Source of the DNA: Octopus sinensis
Lineage: Eukaryota
Length of the DNA stretch: 64,000 nt
Assembly: GCF_006345805.1 (NCBI RefSeq)
Contig: NC_042997.1
Span: forward strand, 103,106,001 to 103,170,000
Reading direction: 5' to 3'
Part shown: positions 55,480-64,000 of the stretch, one piece after another
Layout of the letters: the number at the start of each line of letters is the position of its first letter
Numbering within the stretch: the first letter of the stretch is position 1
Made by a program: the position numbers and the translations under genes
The notes under the pieces: model-generated
The model's database searches: none
Told to the model about the DNA's origin: nothing
Seen by the model: only the letters and a program-made list of their open reading frames with translations

Positions 55480-56270
55480 TGACGTATATCAAACAATGCT
55501 TAATTCTCCACAGACGTTTCTACCCTGTATTCTTCACAAATCTCTACATTTAAGCGTCTTCTGCATGCACCTAAAACACCACTTAAAATATGCATTGCTT
55601 CTACAAACAGAAGTTTCGAAAACGTCTTGCAATGAGGTCATGGAAAACTTATCTCATTCAATAGCAAAATCTTGCTATCAGTTGCACATATAAAGCAAAC
55701 ATAACCCTACTCCGCATCCTGCGTTATCGTCAGTCGCACTTAGTCCGAATATTGACGATCGTAACAAATGTCATCATAAGTCAGGCTGTATCCTGGTGAA
55801 CATATTTCCTGAACAAAGCAAAAATTGGGTTCTAAAGACAGGACTTTCTCTTCAGAGCTCAAGATAAATTTATCTTCCAGGCTCAAGCGAAACTCAGAAC
55901 GGAATACTCTTCTTATCTCTGAGATAATGCTGATGTTACAAATATAACGACCACATTCAAAGAACAACCTCTTAACTGATTAGTGTGAATTTTTTCACTA
56001 ATACGCACAAACCTCCATCCCACAGATGTTCTTTCTCCTCTCTTTATCTTTATGCCGCTACCGCAATGATATCTCTGCTTCTCGGAGTTGGCTATTTTCG
56101 ACAAACCTCCACTAAACCATTAGCATCAACTCTTCTCTCCTTGTCTTGCTTCCCGTTTTGGGTCTAGTCCCAGTTCCCTTACTAAACACAACATCTAGGA
56201 ATTTTGACTTCTGGAATTCCCTCCCTCTGTGCACTGTGCTGCCTTAAGACATAGCTATAATAAACAGTTG
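55480..56270 (+). mobile_element. Degraded CR1/L2-group LINE 3' remnant
   Basis: Terminal FWNSLP...LP-like segment (~56205-56250) preceded by SLYLY...CS-like sequence typical of CR1/L2 C-termini. Confidence 0.4.
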
Positions 56271-56507
56271 TTCACGTGTCTATCTTTTAAGTGTACTGTG
56301 ACTTTCTATCAATAAATAAATGTAGTAGCCTTAGTGAATGATTTTCCTGGGGGTTGTAATAGTGACGTGACGGTTGCACTTGCATATATTTTCTTGCAAT
56401 CGTCGATTTACAGTTTTTCAAGAGGTATGTTAACATAAGTATGTATGTATGTATGTATGTATGTATGTATGTATGTATGTATGTATGTATGTATGTATGT
56501 ATGTATG

Positions 56508-59500
56508 CACAATGAAGGCGTGTCCCATTGCAAAGCTTTGGAGGGTCTAAATTCCTCAACAGCATCACAGGAGCTCCGACTATAACTTCCAGTGTATGAG
56601 GAGGTAGGCTAGGTGGGTCAAGGGAATTAAGAAACTCCACTGGATAGTTCACTGCCTGGTCGTCGTCGGGTACAGAGTCGATTGACTCGTACACGTACAG
56701 CCTTCCGGGAAGCGAATGCAGCAGCATAGCGTTGAGAGCGGTCACTGTGCTGTTTTTTGGAGCCAAAATGGCTCTTTCGGAAATCCAATTCATGTCAAGG
56801 TAGTTCCTTTGTAGATTTGGAATGACATGTGCCTCTAGTTCATCGGAATTACTGACAGTGGTGCAGAGGTGAGTTAGTGACAGTTCTCCGTTTTCATCGA
56901 GCGGAACAATACCTTTTCCGATTGACAATATGTCAGATGCAAAATCTGATGCCATCTGGTCACCACGAAGCTGTGCTGTCATGTCTGTTTTGAGAAACAA
57001 TGTTGTAACATTTTGCCACAAGGGTGGGGGGACTTTAGGCAGGTCCTGATTACATCTGCCCTGGTTCCCCTTGGTATTACAGGAAGCGTTTGTCGGAAAT
57101 CACCAAACAGGAGGCGAGTTATACCACCCATCGTAGCAGGACTGTCTCTGATGTCTTGAAGAGTGGTGTTGAGAGCTTCGAGGGATCGCTCGTGAGCCAT
57201 TGTGCATTCATCCTACACTATCAGCTGGCAACTCCGGAGAAGCAAGCCCTTTTCAGACGTTTTGGTGATGTTACAGGAAGGCACTTCGAACCTTGCCAAA
57301 TCAAATAGTAGCTTAAAGGTTGAGTGCGCTGTCCCGCCACCAGGCAGTAAAATTGCTGCAATGCTAGAGGAGGCCACAGCTACGGCTACATCTTTTCGGT
57401 GCCTTGCTTTAGCAAGGAGAAGCTGAATAACGAACGTTTTTCCGGTCCCTCCAGGTGCATCAAGAAAAATACCCTCTTTTCGTTTCTGCAGGTGGTCAAA
57501 GATGGTACTGTAAGCCCACTGTTGCTCAGGCAGAAGTTTGGGCTCATTTTGCTGGATGTATTGATTAAGGGCTCCAGTGTTATAGTACATTTCACGTATT
57601 AACTCTGCTGGTATTGAATGCGTCCAGTGGCGCAACGGTTGCAGCAGCCCGTATGTAGGTAAGGTATTACCTCCCAGAGAAAGTCTTGTTCTCTATGTCA
57701 AGTAAAGCACAGTTATAAATGAAATCATTTTCAGCAGGCAAGCAGATATGATGCAGTTGGGCCTGGTAATGGAAGTCTTCTGATAGGTCGTGTCTGTACT
57801 TTAACCACAATGAATGGGGATCGGGAAGTTGGCAAATACAGAAGACAGAGCTCTGAGACTTTTCGGTGACTGTGAAACAGCAACCTCCGCAAGCTTAGCA
57901 TCCCACTGCGCACCTTCTAGCAGCCCGCTTAGTAAGCAGGCCTCCCTGAACGTAGCACATGTATGGCCGTTCACGTTCTCTAATTGGTCGAAGGACTATG
58001 GATCCCTTACCTCGTGAAGCAGCAATCAGAGGTAGAAGAATTCTTGTTGGCCCGGGTGAAACGTGTACACTCTGCCGAGGCAATTATCAAATTTAATCTC
58101 AGGGTAACCATCAACGCTTCGGCCCGACTTCCTTCGCTGCCATTTACACTTATTCCATGTGTAGTAAGGCACTTGAGGGTAAAGCAGATCTTGCTCAAAC
58201 AGGTCTACCTGGCAGAGTTTGAAGAAAGCCGTGAGTGCTGTATCTTTTGATTGCTCAGTCAGTCGAGTAGCAGTGGTAGCGGTGAAGTACACACGCTGGC
58301 CGTTTTCAAGGTGCACTGCAAGCTGCTGGATTGGCGGATGCCTTTGATGCAGTGGAGACCCGAAAATGCGCCAGAAGGCTTCGTTACTACTTATGTACCT
58401 GCCTATTTGGTATTGCGTTTTTTCATCTCGGACTCCGTCTAGTTGCAAGCCAAACACAGCAGCATCAGAGCCTTTGTTGATGTACTTGCGCACATATTTG
58501 ATGGACTTTACAGAATTGTAGAGCTCGACGTTTATGTGAGCATGGAATGCCTTCAACAGGATTGGACAGTGAACGCTGTTCTAGGGTTTCGGCTGCTCAG
58601 GTAGACTCAGTTGAGATTGCGTTGTTGTACCGTCGTTGAACACGCTGCTGTTCAGTTTCGGCAGCTCGTACGGAAGCCATTGATGCTGCATTACATGACC
58701 GACGCTGGGAACGCTGTTCTGGTGTTCCAGCAGCTCGGGCAGATGCCGTTGAGGCTACGTTGCTGGACCGTCGTTGAGCACATCACTGTTCAGGTTCGGC
58801 AGCTCGTGTGGAAGCCCTTGACGCCGCATCACGGGATCGGCGTAGTGTTCGTTGACTTTCTTTCGCATTAGCCCGGGCAGCAGAAATCGCTTTGGCGTTT
58901 CGAAGCAGACGCAGGCTACGCTGTTCTTCCGTTTCAGCAGTGCTGGTGGCAGCCGTTGTGACAGCATTTCGAGATCTGCGATCAGCGCGCTGGTCTTCAC
59001 TCTCGGACGCTCGAGCAGCAGTGTGTGAAGCTGTTTTGCGTAGCCGACGAACGGTACACCAGTAGTTGAATTGGGACACAGGTGACACCGTTAATGGATG
59101 GTTAGTTGTTCCGTCGGGCTGACTGCTTGACCTCTTTCTTGCTTGTCGAACCGCTTCCCGTGTTCTTTGTCCGATGCAAAAAGTATGGAACATAGGTTCT
59201 TTTGCTGTCTTTCTTTAAAGTAAAAAGTGTAATGATGTAATGACTAAACGTTCGGCAACTGGTTTTTTACGGTAGCATTACATTGAACTCTAGCAAAGAA
59301 AGGGTAAGTGCTTTATTTATTGGGTCAAAAAATGTGTCAAAAGTGTAGCTAGAAGTGCAAAACGTGTTGGTTTATGAACCTTTTTGCTCTCTCCTGCCAA
59401 AATAACACATTAACGTGTAAAACAGAGCAATTAAGGCGTGAACAAAAGTTCAACAACACATGTGCGCATCATGTCACCTTATGTGTATGCTCCTGACCAT

Positions 59501-59650
59501 GCGTGCATGTTACGGGGGTAATTTCTTCGCCATGACATAGCTCTGACCTTATGGAGTATGTGTATAAAATTTGAGGTCAATCGGACATTGAATGGGGATT
59601 TCTATAGACATAAATGTCTACACACAGAAAGACACACAGACACCCATACA

Positions 59651-59712
<62 letters not shown>

Positions 59713-59734
59713 AACTCAATTTTATAAATATAGA
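56508..59734 (-). mobile_element. Helitron (RepHel pseudogene: N-terminal repeats, most of Rep deleted, PIF1-like helicase truncated at NGTRL)
   Basis: 5' end A|TCTATATTTATAAAATTGAG at 59734; HINVELYNSVKSIKYVRKYINKGSD; DAPGGTGKTF (Walker A); VAVASSSIAAILLPGGGTAHSTFKL; GDFRQTLPVI; LRNLDPPKLCNGTRL. Confidence 0.92.
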
Positions 59735-60412
59735 TTGGCAAGATCCTCTGGCAATAGGAATGAGCTATACCACACTGAAATCCGATAAGAGATAGATAAA
59801 TTCCTCAGTCGATAATTAAGTTCCTTATCTACAGAAACAGCATAGTACTGATGATAGGATACAAGCAGCCAATCTTTCGATTTATAATCCAAAACCTTAA
59901 TAGCGCTATCCAAACAGTTAACACTTAATGATCTTTTCAACCTGGTTGTAAATATGCAGCGGGTAGTAGAACTTCTATAAATATCTAATATTTCGTTAAA
60001 AAGTTCAACTCTTCTAATGTATATATCTTGAGCAGAAAGGTTGATTTCACCAGAAAAATTTTCTCCACTTACAGATTATGAATAAGTAACAGTTAATGAT
60101 GCTCCATCGACCTAATAGTTTATATGAATCACAATAGCTTATATGAATCACAAAAGAATATTGATTTATTACACGGCCCACATATTTTTAGGGAATGGAG
60201 AGTGGATGTATAAAGATGATACCATTCTAAAGAGCATTAGTGAATGGGAATCTTTACAACCATGTATTAAAACTGAATCATGTTATGCGATTGTTTCAAG
60301 CTTACTTGTACACCATGGTGTTAGTTTTCCCTGACATATAGGTATCATTTTAATAGTTATAAATGAGAGAAGCGAATGGAGATTTCTAATCCTCTAGCAT
60401 TTTGATCCAATG

Positions 60413-60567
60413 GCCTTCATTGTGCATACATACATACATACATACATACATACATACATACATACATACATACATACATACATACATACATACATACATA
60501 CAGAATATTTAGACCCTCTAAATATTTGCTACTTTCTGACCCGTGCAACGCCGGGTATTATTGCTAG
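60413..60567 (+). mobile_element. Helitron 3' terminal segment in opposite orientation to the Helitron body
   Basis: ACCCGTGCAACGCCGGGT hairpin followed by CTAG|T (60564-60568), nearly identical to the 3' end of the 27479-27924 Helitron. Preceded by GCCTTCATTGTG(CATA)n. Confidence 0.75.
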
Positions 60568-63179
60568 TGTCTATATAAAAATAGTAAAAATAAGGGAAGT
60601 GGAGTGACAGAATCAGTAAAGATAAAATAAAATGTCTTACAGCGTGAGTTCAAATCCCACTGAGATCGGCTGTCATACTTTTGGGTCAATTAAACATCAA
60701 TGGAGACAACAGCACTTGTAATTGCTTACAACATTTTGTCCGGTACTCTACTCTTTTTCCATTCCATTGACTGGTTCTCTTTCCAAATTGTGATTCAAGG
60801 CTACACATTTCAAAGTCTAGTCGATTAAACTGATCCACTGTTTAACTAGATATTTGATGGGCCCTGGATAAATAAAAGAAGTTCCTCTTGATAGACTTTG
60901 AACTTAGAACGTAGATGATTGTAAATTAAATACTAGAAGGCATTTAAATTATCGTTCGTGATTCTGTAGTGGAAATCTATCTTAGTTATTCTTGTTTCGG
61001 AAATAATCCTTTGAAGTAAGTGGTAAGAGAAATATATTGGAAAAACTATAATTGTAAAATGTGTGTATTTGAACAAATTCAGTCTTACTATGAAGATTGC
61101 CTTAGTCATCATTCAAGACAAAAAGAGTGGGAAGATCAAGAAGCAGGACTTTACTAAAACACAATGCTTCGGAGGTATTTAATTACTGGAAATTTTACAT
61201 TTTTCGTAAACCTAACACAATGAAAATAAAGCAGTATAGTAAACTTAAAAGTAGACAGATGGATTTCGGTAATTTAACAGTTTGGCTCTTAAATAAGTCA
61301 TACAATAACGTGACGCATGTGTGCGCGTTCCTAAGTCTGCGTAGATGTAAGATCATACAAAAGTGTAATCATGCCTAAATCTACGTATATGGTTTCTCTC
61401 TCAAATTATATGGGCGTCTTTGTTCAATCTACCTATGATTCGGACACTAAATTCTTTCGAAACATTTAAATTCAATATACTTTGATCTGAATTGTCCTCA
61501 GTCACTCCCTTTATTCACGCAGAAATACACTTACACACACATACAATAACAAGATATCCAATTACTCCAATGAAATAAGTATGAAATGAATATTATATCG
61601 ATGGCTGGATACATTCAATACATAAAATTTTGCAATATCATCGGTTTAAATAAGCGTGACTTGGTTGTTTAAAAACATCAATAATTTTTTTCTGTATTAA
61701 GATATAATTTCTCTCATGAACTATTTATATACTTTCAGGAATTTCATTGTGTCATTTTACAAAATATTTTTTCAGTTGTCTTAATCTCTTTAGTGTTACC
61801 CGAATGTAAATCTTATATTGGGATTATTTCTCATTGATGTCCAATATCAAATTAATATATTTAGAAGCGAGTATTAGACGACAGTAATAAAACATGTGAA
61901 TTGTTTATACGAGTCTTGCGCTATTTTTCAGATTTCCTATTTCATAGCGTTTTCGTTGTTTTATCTAAGGTTTATGATGTGCATTAGGAATAGAATTCTT
62001 GATGTTATTGTATAACCCAGATAATTATTGTAAGCATAACCCAGATGATCATCTCAGTCATAAAGAAAATGTTAATACTATGTTATGGTGGTTTCCACTG
62101 AAAACTTCCATGCCTGCAATGATTCAAGAAAATATATGTAGTTGTTGGGGTCACGATTAAAGACTTTGTGTAAACTATGGTAGATAAAAGCCCCAATATC
62201 TCATCATGTAATTTAGAGCCTATTCAGCAACAATGCCATCATTCCAGGGACATTCCTGGTATTAGTCAATTTTATAGCTACCGTTATTTTCATGATTAGT
62301 GGATGAATCATCAAGGACTTACTATGGCCTCACAGTTCAAGACATCACTGACATGCTGCCGCTAATTAGCCTTGATTCCATCTTGCTTGTGCAGCAGCGT
62401 ATTACCAGTCTTTACTCACAGAGCTGCCACAGGCTGCACACAGCTGATGGTTCTGAAAGAGCAATCAAGCAAATGTTCGAGGTACCCTCTATTGAGTATA
62501 AACGATTGGACAGTGAGTGATCTGGTTTGTCAGCGTACTAAACAAAATTCACAGTGTGTAACAGTCATAGAAAGTTGTAAAAGTAAAATACTTTAAACTT
62601 CTAATTCAATGATTCTAAACCTGTGTAGCAGCGCCTCCTTGGGCACGTTTCGAGCTCATAAAAGGACAGAGGCACTACTAGGATACTGAGTGTTTAGAGG
62701 GGTCATAATATTAGAAATAAACTATTTGAACTAGATACAACACTTAAAATGTGAACACATTAAAAAATTCTTTTGGGGGAATTAGAACATATGTAGGGCA
62801 TTGTGTTATCAGTAAACAGAAAACATTACCGATGATGAACCTCGTCTAATATAATTTCTTTGAATAAGTCCTGTAATTTCTATATACATTTAACATGAGG
62901 AACACTCGTCCACGCAAACATCTAATTAGGGCATATGCTAAATGATATAATATACGAAAACGTGGATAATAAATCTCTACACAAATTAGTTCCTGTCTGA
63001 TGGAGAAAAAAAATTGCTGTTTGTTTTTTTCAGAAACATGGAGCGGGGGCATTTATAAAACTCCATTCGGTGACTGAGTGACGAAAGATTTGGAACTACT
63101 GGTTTTTGTAGCAGACTATTCTAGGATAGAATAAATGATAGAATTTATATATTTTTTCATGTAACCTTCAGAAATTCCA

Positions 63180-63340
63180 TATATTGTAAATAATGGTTTT
63201 AAGCACAGGCAAAATGTGAACGATATAGTCGATAGCATCAGTCGCAGTACTTGACTGGAATTTTATTTTATTGACCCCAAAAGGATAAAAGACTAAAATT
63301 AACCTCAGTGTAATTTGAACTTAGAAAATATGAGCCGGAA
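63180..63340 (-). mobile_element. Degraded SINE family B
   Basis: GGTTTTAAGCACAGG...TTGACCCCAAAAGGATAAAAGAC...TTTGAACTTAGAA. Confidence 0.5.
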
Positions 63341-64000
63341 TATTCTTACAAATAATTGTTATTAATAATAATTGTTACAAATTATATACTCTAGTAAATT
63401 ATAAAATTACCAGTTGTGATGATTTTTGATTCGTAGTAAGAACATTGATTTATATAGGATTATCAATAATTTTTCTAACAATTCAACCAAGTCAGAAATA
63501 TCACAAAAACGTATGCGCATAAGTACCAATTAATGGACGATTTCATTAAAGTGTCTAAGGAAATGCAGATGGCAAAGTTTTTTTCTTTTTATTCCACCCA
63601 CATACTGCCTAAAAAACAGTAAGTCGCTTTTTCTGGCAATCAGCTTATTTATGTACAATATTTTTATCAATTGCTAACAAGATGTTACTTGTGTTCAAAA
63701 CAAAAAATTACTTTAGAAAGGAAAAATAAAATTAAAACCAGATGCTTTTGGGAGCAACGATTTGAACGAAATTCCTCTTACGAATATAGAATTAAAGACA
63801 GTAATAAAGACTGTAATGTGAAAATGACTATTGGAAAGTAGGTTAGGTCGTGCTATGTACCAATTTTGGGTATGTTAAACGCTTCACATACACAGAGACA
63901 AGTAAAAATTGCTTTTAATTTGTAGATATCTTCTAAATTCCATTTAGGTGACAAAATGTCTGGGAAAACCCGATATTTATTTGCTTTGGCTCCTGGTACA

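Noticed and set aside
60191-60316. Possible exon GNGEWMYKDDTILKSISEW...
   Set aside because: The donor site is weak, there is no homology I can recognise, and it lies inside the putative inverted segment.
62299-62596. Locally GC-richer ORFs near 62.3-62.6 kb as a host exon
   Set aside because: There is no motif, no convincing splice-site pair and no family resemblance.

Overview
This is an AT-rich, microsatellite-dense animal genomic window made almost entirely of transposable-element remnants. The SINE repertoire (tRNA-derived CORE-type and two other families) and the microsatellite load suggest a cephalopod, probably Octopus (inference). I could not support any host protein-coding exon, rRNA, tRNA gene or CRISPR array; most ORFs in the track are microsatellite read-throughs. 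Main content, in order: (1) an RT-deleted L1/Tx1 element at ~0.95-2.6 kb; (2) a CMC/Chapaev3-like transposase at ~10.3-12.7 kb interrupted by a nested TAA-bounded insertion; (3) Penelope-like, Tc1 and mariner remnants and several MITEs; (4) an internally deleted RTE/BovB-like LINE at ~38.7-40.7 kb; (5) a ~12.7-kb pile-up (41.0-53.7 kb) of R4/Dong-like RLE retrotransposons, nearly all bounded by (TAA)n, including a near full-length copy at 46.6-50.4 kb whose frameshifts fall in homopolymer runs; (6) a Helitron at 56.5-60.6 kb whose 3' end points the opposite way to its body, best explained by a ~3.9-kb inversion. The most interesting signals are a TAA-microsatellite-targeted retroelement system (autonomous RLE LINEs, a fixed-length ~550-bp non-coding element found only inside TAA tracts, and SINE tails acting as landing pads), a 56-nt perfect local inverted copy, and the split Helitron.
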